From: Octopus vulgaris
Taxonomy: Eukaryota
Assembly: GCA_951406725.2 (NCBI GenBank)
Contig: OX597828.1
Location: 54,374,001-54,438,000 of the forward strand
Direction of reading: 5' to 3'
DNA length: 64,000 nt
Below the pieces are notes generated by a model. The model was not told where the DNA came from. It made no database searches and saw only the letters and a list, made by a program, of their open reading frames with translations. How positions within the stretch are numbered: the first letter of the stretch is position 1; the number at the start of each line of letters is the position of its first letter. Shown one piece after another: positions 12,541 to 26,520 of this stretch. A program made the position numbers and the translations under genes.

Positions 12541-13560
12541 TTCTGATTGCATTACGAAGAATAACGAACCTTTAAAAAAAATTTTTGTTTCTAAATCCAA
12601 TAATTGTTTCGCTATTGTTTACGTTTTTTGTGTCTTCACGATATCGATTTACAGTTGCGGAAAGAGAAAATAAACAGGTGTTTATTTACCAAAATGAAGA
12701 GAAATGACACTGTTTTCAATATTTCCTTCTCTAAATCACAATCAGTGTTAACTCAGTGGGTTTCTTATCAATTCTAATCAAGGATGTTAAAAACAAGATA
12801 TTTTCTAGAAACATTTAAGAACTCAATTCAATGTTTTCTATTCTTCATTCTTTCAGCTCACAATAGGACTTCCATCATGGCTGTTGCTATGGACACTGGC
12901 AGCTAAACGTAGACGGTTAGTGCACGAGCGGAGTCTGGGCTGTGGGCTTTGCGTAGTGTCATACTTACTACTGCCAAGTGTGTTCTAGAAATACGTTCAT
13001 TTACTGTTATTTTTGCACGGTTATTATTTTAGGGAATCAAATTACAATTATCAGCCCGCTACCACCTTTTGCGCTCACCAAAATTTGGTTGCTGGCTTAA
13101 TTACTCTGGCGACAATAATTTAGCTTTGGCTGAAGATCGTCACAGTATGTTTTCGGTGTATTCATATACAGATCAGCAGGATCCTTTTTGTTGTCATTTT
13201 ATAGCAATTATATAGATTTGTTACAGAGCTCATAAGTCCAACAAAGCCGTACTTGGCAATGTACTGTAAATAATAAGAATCTTTATATCTTTTCGGTAGT
13301 GTTGTTCTTCATTTCTTTCTTTTTGCCATGTTATAGACTTTGCTGTGTTCAATCATTCTGTTTGAAGTGTGTCACTGGAAAAAAAAAGTTCAGTTACAAA
13401 TGAGAATAAATGATTTCTTCACCGAATACAATGAGAAGAATAACCAATTATTTTCCAAAATGGCAATTAGTTGTGATATTAAATTTGGAGATGTTATTCA
13501 TATATTTCTGTATATCTATAAATTCCCCACTCTTTCTACACGCACACGCACACACACATA

Positions 13561-13756
13561 CAGTGTCTGATCAATAAGTATCCGGACTGTTGCTATAGTA
13601 ACGAAGCTAAAGCACGCAGAGTGAAGCCGCTTGGTACAAATTGACCTTCAACTCTGTTGCGCATGCGCACTAAGTTTTAACGTTCAAGCTCACTCCCATT
13701 GCTAACAGCAGTGCTTCGTTACTATAGCAACAGTCCGGATACTTATTGATCAGACC

Positions 13757-13759
<3 letters not shown>
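13561..13759. mobile_element. Tc1/mariner-type MITE
   Basis: ~47-bp terminal inverted repeats (gtctgatcaataagtatccggactgttgctatagtaacgaagc and its reverse complement), TA on both flanks. Confidence 0.9.
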
Positions 13760-14101
<342 letters not shown>

Positions 14102-14128
14102 ATTTCATATCCAATTTCATATTCAATC

Positions 14129-14905
14129 CCAGAGCCTAAGTTTGTGAGAGACCTGGGTATCGATATGAGTGATGATACCTCTTTCCAAGTGCACATTACC
14201 AGGATGGCGACAAAGTGCAGACGACTGGCTGGCTGGATCCTAAGAACATTCAGAACCAGAGATAAGGAAACCATGATTGTCCTCTGGCGGACATTCGTCC
14301 TCAGCCGCCTGGATTACTGCTCACAGCTATGGTCACTCACCAGTGTAAAATTAACAGCGGACCTTGAAGCAATTCAGAGAAGATTCACAAAGAAGATCGT
14401 CTCTTTGCAACAGCTCAGCTACTGGGAAAGGTTGAAACAGCTACGACTCTACTTCCTGGAGAGAAGACGGGAGAGGTATGCAGTAATATATGTCTGGAAG
14501 ATCCTGGAAGAAATTGTGCCAAATTTTGGCATTGTAAGCTACACCAATGCTAGAACGGGACGACACTGCATAGTGCCAAAGATCCCAGCAATGCCATCAC
14601 GCTTCAGGACCAGCTTCTGCAACAGCCTGGGTTTCAAGGGCCCACAGCTTTTTAATATTCTCCCAAAGAGTCTGAGGAACTTGCACAAAGTAGATGTAGC
14701 GGTTTTTAAATCAAAGCTGGACATCTTCCTGTCAAGAGTCCCAGATGAACCTACCTCACGGTAAGAGGTGCAAATAAGAGTAGCTATATCAAACTTCATT
14801 CTTCACCAAGTGCCACATATTAGACGAGGTTCTTCGTAATAACAGTGTAGCATAAAACGGCGGTACATCAGCATGGCCGCAGCTCTGAGCTGAAACTAGA
14901 GAGAA
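14129..14905 (+). mobile_element. CR1-like LINE, 5'-truncated ORF2 C-terminus plus 3' UTR
   Basis: VRDLGI...SRLDYCSQLWS...LEAIQRRFTK...SYWERLKQLRLYFLERRRER...LFNILPKSLR...FKSKLD, open to stop at 14764. Confidence 0.9.
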
Positions 14906-15017
14906 AAAAAATCTATTATATTTAATATATTTAATATATCTAATATATTTAATGTGTCTAATTTGTTTATCTGCATACTTGCTTACACACACACACACAT
15001 GTATATACACATGCATA

Positions 15018-15062
<45 letters not shown>

Positions 15063-15070
<8 letters not shown>

Positions 15071-15668
15071 CCGTAAATATAAGAGAGTTAACGTTACATA
15101 GGTTAACTCTAGTGCTAGAAATAGCTCCTCCGGTATAATCGCCGACGATACCTCCACATAGAAAACTAAAAAGTGGGTTAATGTTGTACAATTGTTTCTT
15201 TATCAACATAATATACAAATTATACTCACATATTTGTCTATAAATCATCAGCAACATTTGTCATCGATGCAATTTATCAGACCCACACGGGCGACGATTA
15301 CCCATGCGGTCTGATCGATTACATTCAGGGTTGTAGTTACAAATTCCCCGCCGAAAGCAAATGCTAAGACTTAGTGGAAGCGAATACCGCATGTAATATT
15401 TACTGCAGCGTATCAAATTCTTAAATTAAAAAATGAGGGTGAAAAAATTAGATATTAATTTAATAATACCCTTATTTTAACACCAAGCGACCTAGCACAA
15501 TAAACCAGGGAGACAATACATATTTATCCGTAGTTAACCTATGTAACGTTTACTCTCTTATATTTACGAATAAATATGTATTGTCTCCCTGGTTTATTGT
15601 GCTAGGTCGCTTGGTGTTAAAATAGGGGTATTATTAAATTAATATCTAATTTTTTCACCCTCATTTTT
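15063..15668. repeat. Split inverted-repeat (fold-back) module between (TA)n tracts
   Basis: 15429-15531 is the near-perfect reverse complement of 15565-15668; 15063-15108 is the reverse complement of 15531-15577. Confidence 0.9.
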
Positions 15669-15670
15669 GA

Positions 15671-15749
<79 letters not shown>

Positions 15750-17159
15750 ACAATGAGAGTCTGTTGCAAGGACCCTCATTGTTATAATTATATAAACTTT
15801 TACCGAATATGGTCCTTTTCCATACCGAAATACTACTTGGTGAAATTTGTTGATTTTATTAAATTAATTATATTTCACCCTTTATCTGTATTGATTATAT
15901 ATATAAATGATGGTTGTCTACTCTTGACCAATGAATGCCGTCACTGACCAATACCCGTGTAAAATGTCAGCAAAACCCGTACATGAGGTTAGTGTATGAG
16001 GTTTGCACCTGTGGATTCCATGCTCTTTGAGCCGCCCCCCTACTCAAACGGGCGTCGGAAAATCGTCTCATCTATTGTCGATAATGATTGTACAAAACCT
16101 CACAGAGCCTCTCCATCATATTCACATGATCCACAGACAAGACATCCATTGCTAATATGGTTCACAAGTTAAAGAATGTGTGAGTACCATAATCTCAAGC
16201 GCAAGAAACTAATCCTGAAAATGTTCAATGCCATTCGCTGAATTTCTGGTCTTATATTAAAGTGACCTTCTTTTAGAGGCATGATTTAACAACACAGAAT
16301 TACTGAGGGCCCGTGCTAGTGGTAGATAATCGTTGAACCTACACTACATACATACATACATTATCATTATTATGGCCGTCAGCCTGTGAAGTCCTACATG
16401 TTGGACCTCCGTATTTCAGCTGGTTGCAGCCCGTTCTTTCAAAATTTTATTTAACAAGTATTTTACTTGTATTGTTTGGATTGTGGTGATAACATTTTGT
16501 GTAATTGAAACCCCCTTTTTGGGTGTGTGTGTGTGTGTGTGTAGGGGGTGAAATAATTGTATTGCATTTTTGTATTTTGTAGAAACAAGATTTTATTCAT
16601 TTTTTTTTCCAATTTTAAAAAATAGAATAGAAATGCAACTGAAGGTGAAATTCATTTCTCGCCAAAGAGAAATATAATTTCTTCATGTTGCTATGACGGC
16701 AGTAACAAGTACAAAAGTACTAGCAGCAACGATAATGATGACTACAGCAGCAGCAGCAGCAGCACCATGAATACCGATGAAGGCATGGAGGAGGGAGCAG
16801 AGGACCACTGCCATCACGAGGACCAGTGAGAATAACAAAAATAAGCAGGAAAGCGAAGAGAAAGAAAAAAGAATTCTTTCACGTGAAACACCTGCAGATT
16901 TTACTACCGCCGCCACTACTTCGTGAAACAAAGAAGGAGAAAAAAATTTTAAAGCAACAATGTCGTTTGCTTCTAAGCAAACACAAAGTAGATTTGCCGA
17001 AACATGTCGCACGATGGCAGAAATAAAATTGCCAGAAACTGCCTTGGCTGGAGCAAAAATTCATCTAACAAGGTTTGGTACCTTCAACCAACACTATCTC
17101 CTCCGAGACCCTGCGTCACAAGTTGACCAAAATTGAGAATATGATAGAAGAAGGCTTGC

Positions 17160-17418
17160 TCTTTATTCTGTAGAAGATAAAATTCAAATCGGAACATTTT
17201 AAGACCAAAAATTAGTTACATCAAAAAGCTGCTTTTTTCCTATGAAAATCCCTATCTTTTACGAGTTTTTGACTGCTGTGTCGCCATTTTTCGGTGTATT
17301 TCAACCAGAAAAATGTTCACTTAAAGAACAAGCTACATAATGCAAAATTTTTACTTTTCAAAAATTCCAATTCTAAAGGGTCGAAACAAACCCGAGCAAC
17401 GCCGGGCGATACTGCTAG
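17160..17418 (+). mobile_element. Non-autonomous Helitron-like element
   Basis: Ends aaacccgagcaacgccgggcgatactgCTAG|T, identical to the 3' end of 30563-30962; 5' boundary less certain. Confidence 0.7.
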
Positions 17419-18346
17419 TTTTAATATAGATATGTTTGGCCTCACTCTGTTAATAGACACATGAGTTAAACAAGAAAGAGAGAGAGAGGGGGGACGCAGA
17501 TACACAGAAAGGGAGAGAAAGAAGCTTTCGATAATGGAAGATTGCTTGGTCTAACAGGCACTGGTTTTAATCATTTCCTTATCAGTACATTCGCTGGCAA
17601 CATGTATTTGTAAACTTAACGTACTCAGAAAGAAGCGAGCCTGTGAATAAATTATTAAAAAAAATATGTACGCTTATATGCTAAATAAACATAAATTTAG
17701 CATCGCTAAAAGGTACGTTTATGAAATGTACGCATCGAATTATACCAGCAGTAAGAAAATAATTACACACTATTTTCTATATTGACCAATCCACATCAGA
17801 CCAAACAACTTATACGGCTGTCACTAGTCGTGGACAATATCAACCCACGCTGGCTGATATCTTGTATGAAAATATTGAAAAGAAGACTTAATGATGCTAC
17901 ACATTTATGGGCTCCAGTAGCCACGTTGGAATATTCTTAATCAAGAGTTTTACTTCTTTTTACAGCCTGCTTACATATTTCCCCCCCAACTACCCACAAA
18001 CTTTATAATGCAAACTTTACAAGGATGTTTGGTGCGTATGGATTTTTCTACTTAATTCTAGTCAACCAACCAGATATGAGATCTCTTGTGGTGAAACATT
18101 GTATGTGTTTGTGAGTCTCTCTCTCTCTCTCTCTTTCTCTCCCTCTCTATCTCTCTCTCTCATTCTCTCTCTCTCTCTCTCCGTATATTATATATACGTG
18201 TGTGTCTATATATATATCAAAAAGAAAAACATTGCACACTGCAATCTATATCAAATTTATATCTATGTGTGTATGCGTGTAGACATTTCTAAGCAGATAT
18301 ACGCATAACCATATGTATAAAAAAACACACACATATATACATTATC

Positions 18347-18469
<123 letters not shown>

Positions 18470-18740
18470 TGTATATATGTGTATAGATGTATTTATATGT
18501 ATAAATATATATATATATTTATTTATTTATATATATATGCATATATATATATATATATATATATTCTTTCTCATGCATTACGTTCTGTAATAAAATACAT
18601 AACAGCTTTAAAAAAATCAATAGGTCATTGTTAAACTAGAAAGGAAAGATATGAGAATAACCGTCATATACAGACACAAGCAAACACACGTACGTATTTA
18701 AATATTCATATACATATATATATTTAAATACATGTATTTC

Positions 18741-18843
<103 letters not shown>

Positions 18844-18940
18844 ATGTATATGTATCCATATATATTCAATATCTATATATATATATATATATATATATAT
18901 CTACATATATATATATATTTATATATATGTATATATATGT

Positions 18941-18971
<31 letters not shown>

Positions 18972-19005
18972 CACACGCGTTTATATATATGACTATTATA
19001 CACAT

Positions 19006-19049
<44 letters not shown>

Positions 19050-19755
19050 GAATATATATATATGTATATATATATATGTATGTATGTGTATATATGTATA
19101 TATGTATATATATACATGTGTGTATGTTTGTGGGTGTCTTGGCTGATATTTTGCTTACAAAGAGTGAAAAAAGTACTCAGTGCATAAAATAGAGTATATC
19201 TCTTAAACAGATTCTACGTTTTGTTAGAATCTGAAGCGTTTTGAATCATAAATCTGAATTTCATTTACCTCTTATTCAAAGAACTGAAGTAGAAAAATGG
19301 CGTAGTAACATATAAGCAAAATATTTGCAAACACATTAAGTTATAATTAATTACCAAGATTTAATCGGTTGGCGAAAAAAATTGAGTTACACTTTGGCTA
19401 TTCAACTATCGCGAGTAGAACATTTATTATTGTCATCTATTTGTTGCGAAAATGTTTGATGATTTTTATGCCTTCAGTATCTTGTGTATAAAATGCGCAT
19501 AATTAAGGGAAGCGAATATTATTAATGAAGGTTTAGTTATGATGAATAAATAACCACCACTTACCGTAAATTCGTTATTTTGGATATAAAGTGTTTTTAG
19601 CCTGTTGGTAGTGATAAACTCATCGATATATAGTAATGGGGATTTCTGCAAGAATTCATAGATTTACAACTTTTGCTTGAAATATGAAAAACAAGGCTAT
19701 TGTAGAATGTTAAATTGATCGGAGAAACAAGTATCACATCTTCTACAACCGTTAG

Positions 19756-20234
19756 TATGTATGTATGTATGTATGTACGTATGTATGCATGTATGTATGT
19801 ATGCATGTATGTATGTATGTATGTATGTATGTATGTATGTATGTATGTATGTGTGTGTATGTATGTATGTATGTATGTATGTATGTATGTATGTATGTAT
19901 GCATGTATGTATGTATGTATGTATGTATGTATGTATGTATGTATGTATGTATGTATGTGTGTATGTATGTATGTATGTATGTATGTGTGTATGTATGTAT
20001 GTATGTATGTATGCGTGTATGTATGTATGTATGTATGTATGTATGTATGTATGTATGTATGTATGTATGCATGTATGTATGTATGTATGTATGTATGTAT
20101 GTATGTATGTATGTATGTATGTATGTATGTATGTATGTATGTATGTATGTATGTATGTATGTATGTATGTATGTATGTATGTATGTATGTATGTGTGTGT
20201 GTGTGTGTATGTATGTATGTGTGTGTGTGTGTGT
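19756..20234. repeat. (TATG)n microsatellite, ~480 bp
   Basis: Direct reading. Confidence 0.97.
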
Positions 20235-20564
20235 ATAGCAAAATGTTGCGCGGAAAAATGACGAAGAAAAACTGTAAAAACTCGCCCCTTATCAGTAATC
20301 GACCAAAAATCCTCACAATTTCGACTCTTTCTCGATAATATTTTGGCGACGTTAACAGTAAAACGCTGCCTGGGCCTAAGTGATCGGACACGGAGGACAA
20401 AATGAAAGAAAGGCAAAAAAGATGGTGTCTGTTGACCAAACGGTAAAATACATTTTAAAAAAATGAAAAGGTAAGGACGGTAACGAAAACACAAGCAAAT
20501 GATAAACGACACAGATATTAATTCATATTAATTCATAAATATACATACATACATATATACATAC

Positions 20565-20609
<45 letters not shown>

Positions 20610-20622
20610 CATATATATATAC

Positions 20623-20737
<115 letters not shown>

Positions 20738-21369
20738 CATAAATATACATATATATAAAACTTAGATAAAACTTAGAAATGTTTCGACAAAAGATTGGTC
20801 CAGGCCATGTCTAACTTTAAAGCACCACCTGATATAAATATATATATATATATGAGAAAAGTAAAAGAATATATTTAGAAGGCCTTTCAGCTTTACAGCC
20901 GAGTTAAAACAAGATGTGCGAAGCAAAAACCGGAAAAACGATACAAGCATTTGTTTATAAATATATGGGTGTGTGTGTAATTATAAAATCCAAGGATCTA
21001 AGTGAAGGGAGTCTGTGATAGGACCAAAAACAACATTCAGGAACAATAATAATTTATTGGCGTAGAAAGTTGTAGACTTTTCCCGTATCGAAGTCTGATA
21101 AACTGAAAAAAATTTTTATAGCAACTTGAGTCGTTATCGAATGCAAATAAAAATCCAAATTGAGGAAACGGAGCAGGTAAAATCCAGGCTACATATGTTT
21201 CCTCGCTAGCAAATCATCTTATGTAATAATTACTCAACGAGTGGTACTCAGATAGCTATTCGCCAGGCTGAACATACCACGATTATATGAAGGTTACGTT
21301 GTCGTTAAGGAACCCCATGTTAACTCGCCGAAGATATCAATTTGAATATATATATATATATATATATAA

Positions 21370-22127
21370 GTATAGGTTATAAGAGATAATGGTGTCATTG
21401 AGACCCTAGGGTATCAGGTAATTCTGAATAGTGCTATAGACAGACCATAGTTAAGTTCCAGATTCGGTAATATTGCGAATAAAGGGTTCAACGTTGGTTC
21501 TATGTCAGCGTGTGTATATAAGAATTTTTTTGCCTAATAAGATAAAAAATCAAGGCTGTATAGATATTAGAGCATTTATAGATAGAAAGTCTTACAGCTG
21601 TTTCTAGGATATTAACTAATAATATCCCTTCATCGGAGACGATGTGAGAGGAAGAGTTAAGTCATAGTTAGTTTAGATGTGATACAAAATAGAGAGTGAG
21701 GTGGAGGAAAGAAAATAGATGTAAGATATGTATGGGTATTGAAGTTGTAAATCCGTTTTATAGGCATAATGGTATATATGCAATATTCCAATATCCTTTG
21801 AGTAAAATCCCAAAGTCCAACAGAATTTAATATGAGTCCTTCCAAATATAGAGTTTATAAGCAATGTAAGATTCCCTTAGGAGTGAGATCCAGTAGATTT
21901 TTGAAGTTGGTCATTCAACACTGTTTATAAATTCCCTACTGGGACGATGCTACTGTAGTTTATAGCTCCAGGAAGATATCTGCTCCAGCTGGCTAACGAC
22001 ACAGTGTCTGTGCCCGATCAGTATTTGCGAAGGGAAATCAAGAGGAGAAGATCTCTTCCTGAGGCTATAAATTACAGTAGCATCGTCCCATACGGGCCAG
22101 CCACATTTAGGTGGCAAATATACTTCA

Positions 22128-22130
<3 letters not shown>
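21370..22130 (-). mobile_element. Penelope-type pseudo-LTR module with hammerhead and terminal inverted repeat
   Basis: Bounded by (TA)n; contains hammerhead 21589-21640 and a ~42-bp inverted repeat (21940-21982 vs 22049-22090). No clear protein motif recovered. Confidence 0.6.
21589..21640 (-). ncRNA. Minimal type I hammerhead ribozyme
   Basis: Minus strand GUCU CCGAUGA A GGGAUAUU auuaguu AAUAUCCU A GAAA CAGCUG UA AGAC: stem I GUCU/AGAC, 8-bp stem II, palindromic stem III ACAGCUGU, GUA site; U4C core variant. Confidence 0.8.
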
Positions 22131-22187
<57 letters not shown>

Positions 22188-22217
22188 ATAGATATAGATA
22201 GATAGTCAGACAGATTC

Positions 22218-22296
<79 letters not shown>

Positions 22297-22297
22297 G

Positions 22298-22367
<70 letters not shown>

Positions 22368-22481
22368 TAATAATAATAATAATATGTTTTAACTTATATT
22401 TAATCTTTCTATAATATGCAATTTTCTAAATGGTTTAATTTAATTTTTCATTATTGAATTGATAAAAGGTGGATTTTTACC

Positions 22482-22539
<58 letters not shown>

Positions 22540-22999
22540 CACATATTTATATATATTCGGTTTTGCGTATGTCACTATGTGTGTTTCAGCTGTTTATTAA
22601 GTATCACATATGCACAATGAAATAACACCCAGATACACACACACACACACACACGCACGCACGCGCGTGCACACACACATGCAGAGATGTATACACCCAT
22701 GTAAATATATAGTCTAATTTCACACACCAATGAAATGGCGTCAACTCTGAAATCACTCAATCTATCGTCTTTGTTGTTTATTTTCTGCTCGGCTGATTAT
22801 TTGTTAATCCATCAATGGGTTATTATCTGAAACACATTTACAATAGAAAATTAGTCCTTTGAATGGTCATTGTTATTGTAGAGGTCTAAATAGCATAAAC
22901 GAATGGAAATTGTGCCAACAGAAAACGAAGTCTGAGCTGGGAACACTGAGAATTTACAGCGTGAATTTCGCTATTTGATCAACGTGATACATGCAAATA

Positions 23000-23359
23000 C
23001 ACACACACGCACACACGGACATAGACACACTCTTCAATACACACACACACACATAGACACACTCTTGAACACACACACACAAACACACACGCACATAGAC
23101 ACACTCTTGAAGACACACACACACACATCGACACACTTTTGAATACACACACACACACATAGACACACTCTTGAACACACACACACATACACATAGACAC
23201 ACACACACAATCTCTCTCTCACACACACAGACACACACAAACACACACACATAGACACACTCTTGAAGACACACACACACTCACATAGACACACCCTTGA
23301 AGACACACACACAGACATAGACACACTCTTGGACATACACTCATAGACATACTCTTGAA

Positions 23360-23401
<42 letters not shown>

Positions 23402-23432
23402 AACACACACACAGATACACATACACACACGC
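23000..23432. repeat. Composite minisatellite (CA)n-TAGACACACTCTTGAA
   Basis: About ten recurrences of (ta)gacacactcttgaa separated by variable (CA)n. Confidence 0.9.
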
Positions 23433-24086
23433 ACTGTTCATAAAGTGTACGATATATAAAATCCAAACTGTAAAACATCAACTTATGAACTTTCTGAATC
23501 TTTCTAGTTGTATATAAATATATAATCTCGTATTTTTATAGGTATATGTTTTATATATATATATTAGTATATATATTTAGTGGTAAAAGTTACTTCTGTG
23601 GGATGGGTTCTACCTAGTTTCCAGAAACCTGAACACTTCGATCTTCAGCATTTTTTTTCTGGCAATAATTAAGCAAAAGACCAGACAGCGACACGTCAGG
23701 TTTTGTGTGATGTCACTGGTAATGTAGAAAACAGAGTAAAAAGTTCATATTTTGTCTGCAAGTCGAAATTATCTCTGTCTCTCTATCCATTTACTATTTT
23801 GAGATGGATTATGATGATATTTCTTTGTAAATGGCGTTTGAAAAAGCTTATATGTGTCTACTGGTTGTGCCTCTCATTTTGCTTGCCTCATTTGTTAGCC
23901 ATGTCGAGTTATGGTTCCTACGTTCAATTATCAAGATGATATTTCATTATATAGTCTCGCCGTGTGTTAAATAGACAACTATGACTAATACACACACACA
24001 CACACGCAAACACACACAGGTCTACACTTAATGATGCCAGGTGTTTCGCTGTGGTGTTCTTTTTTTGGGCTAACACTTTCCCCTTT

Positions 24087-24088
<2 letters not shown>

Positions 24089-24165
<77 letters not shown>

Positions 24166-24166
24166 G

Positions 24167-24229
<63 letters not shown>

Positions 24230-24234
24230 GTCTG

Positions 24235-24269
<35 letters not shown>

Positions 24270-24274
24270 GTCTG

Positions 24275-24309
<35 letters not shown>

Positions 24310-24314
24310 GTCTG

Positions 24315-24380
<66 letters not shown>

Positions 24381-24438
24381 CATCCATCCATCCACCCACC
24401 CATCCATCCATCCATCCATCCATCCATCCATCCATCCA
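24089..24438. repeat. (TCTA)n grading into (TCCA)n
   Basis: Direct reading. Confidence 0.95.
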
Positions 24439-25287
24439 CTGCCAGCTTTTCGATGCGTTCAAAAATCACATAACCTCCACTCCCAATTTTCACTAACAGG
24501 TTAGGTCCTAAAATGCTCCAAACGGACGCATAGCATGTTGCTTAGTGGAATTAGCCCATCATTTACTCCACAGACGTTTTCTTGTCAATGCTGCACTTTC
24601 CCATATCACCTGTCTCAAGATAACTGTAATATATTATACACAATCTATGCCATTTTAATCCTGAGCAACGCCGGGTATCTCTGCTAATATGTATATATAT
24701 ATATATATGTCTATATGCAAATGGTTCTCTGTGTCTCTGTATCTTTCTCCCTCTGTGTATATAGATGCATGTATCTGTGTAAACGGTGAAATGCGTACCC
24801 CAAGAATTGAGTAACACTGTGGAGCACAAAACTTCATTGCTTGTTAATGTTTGTCGTTGGTAATATTTATCTCTTAGCAAGAAACAAAGCCCTATTAGTG
24901 ATACGTGTTAATAATACAAAGGGATAAGCTTCCATCGAGATAAGCATTCGTTTCTCGGGAGATGAACGTGGGAACAACTCCATTTGCAGCAGAAATTCTC
25001 CCTCTCCCTCTCATCACACACACAAGCACACACACGCACGCGGGCGCGCAAAGTCAGGCGGTATGCAAGAAGACTATATTTATTTAACCACGCGACTTCC
25101 ATGAGGTTATGGCCGTTTAGCAACCGTCTTCATGTTGTATTAATTTTACTATGCAAGAAATTATGTGTATTTTTTTACATTGATATACATGCTCAGCATT
25201 ATACAATTGTATATTCACAAATTTATGCAAATAAAGAAAGCTAGCTTAAATATACACACAAATTTCACATTCTATGTATACAGTATA

Positions 25288-25473
25288 GGCGTAGGAGTGG
25301 CTGTGTGGTCAGTAGCTTGCTTACGAACCAAAGGTTCCGGGTTCAGTCCCACTGCGTGGCACCTTGGGCAAGTGTCTTGTACTATAGCCTCGGGCCGACC
25401 ACAGCCTTGTGACTGGATTTGGTGGACGGAAACTGAAAGAATCCCGTCGTATATAGGTATGTATATATATCTA

Positions 25474-25550
<77 letters not shown>

Positions 25551-25556
25551 GTATGC

Positions 25557-25620
<64 letters not shown>

Positions 25621-25838
25621 ATAATTTTGCGTGTCTGTGTTTGTCCCTCCAACATCGCTTGACAACCGATACTGGTGTGTTTACGTCCCCGTAACCTAGC
25701 GGTTCGACAAAAGAGCCCGGTAGAATAAGCACTAGGCTTACAAAGAATAAGTCTTGGGGTCGATTTGCTCGACTAAAGGCGGCGCTCCAGCATGGCCACA
25801 GTCAAATGACTGAAATAAATAAAATGAGTAGAAAGAGC
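25288..25838 (+). mobile_element. SINE family B, full length with internal microsatellite
   Basis: tRNA-like head, CORE-like ccttgggcaagtgtc, internal (TCTA)n(TA)n(TG)n, 3' half ending aaggcggcgctccagcatggccacagtcaaatgactgaaa. Confidence 0.9.
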
Positions 25839-25933
25839 ATATGGTAGGTTGGCTCTGGACAAAAGTTACCTTGATTTGGTCAGGAAAAAGTAAAGTAGAG
25901 ATACTGTGTTGCTATTGTTATAAAGAAAATTAA

Positions 25934-26520
25934 GGCGGCGAGCTGGCAGAATCGTTAGCATGCCGGGCAAAATGTTTAGCGGTATTTCGTCTGCCGTTAC
26001 GTTCTGAGTTCAAATTCGGCCGAGGTCGACTTTGCCTTTCATTCTTTCGGGGTCGATTAAATAAGTACCAGTTACGCACTGGGGTCGATATAATCGACTT
26101 AATCCGTTTGTCTGTCCTTGTTTGTCCTCTCTGTGTTTAGCCCATTGTGGGTAGTAAAGAAATAGGTATTTCGTCTGCCGCTACGTTCTGAGTTCAAATT
26201 CCGCCGAGGTCGACTTTGCGTTTCATCCCTTCAGGTTCGAATAAATAAGTACCAGTTACGCACTGGGGTCGATGTAATCGACTTAATACGTTTGTCTGTC
26301 CTTGTTTGTCCTCTCTGTGTTTAGCCCCTTGTGGGTAGTAAAGAAATAGGTATTTTGTCTGCCGTTATGTTCTGAGTTCAAATTCCGCAGAGGTCGACTT
26401 TACATTTCATCCTTTCGGGGGTCGATGAAATAAGTATCTCTTAAGCACTGGGGTTGATGTAATCGACTACCCACTTCCCCCCAAATTTTAAGCCTTGTAC
26501 TCAAAGTAGAAATGATTATT
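25934..26520 (+). mobile_element. Tandem trimer of SINE family A with probable target-site duplication
   Basis: Junctions at 26165 and 26349 (184-bp period); flanks ttataaagaaaatt (25918-25931) and ttataaataaaatt (26519-26532). Confidence 0.9.

Noticed and set aside
12958-12975. U1 snRNA start (ATACTTAC)
   Set aside because: Match stops after 8 nt; no U1 body follows.
16760-17160. Host exon or ORF starting MNTDEGMERE
   Set aside because: Interrupted by stops, no recognisable domain; more likely decayed LINE ORF1-type sequence.
23608-23655. Hammerhead CUGAAGA...GAAACUAGGUA on minus strand as a functional ribozyme
   Set aside because: Stem I does not pair and stem II is weak; kept only as a possible relic.
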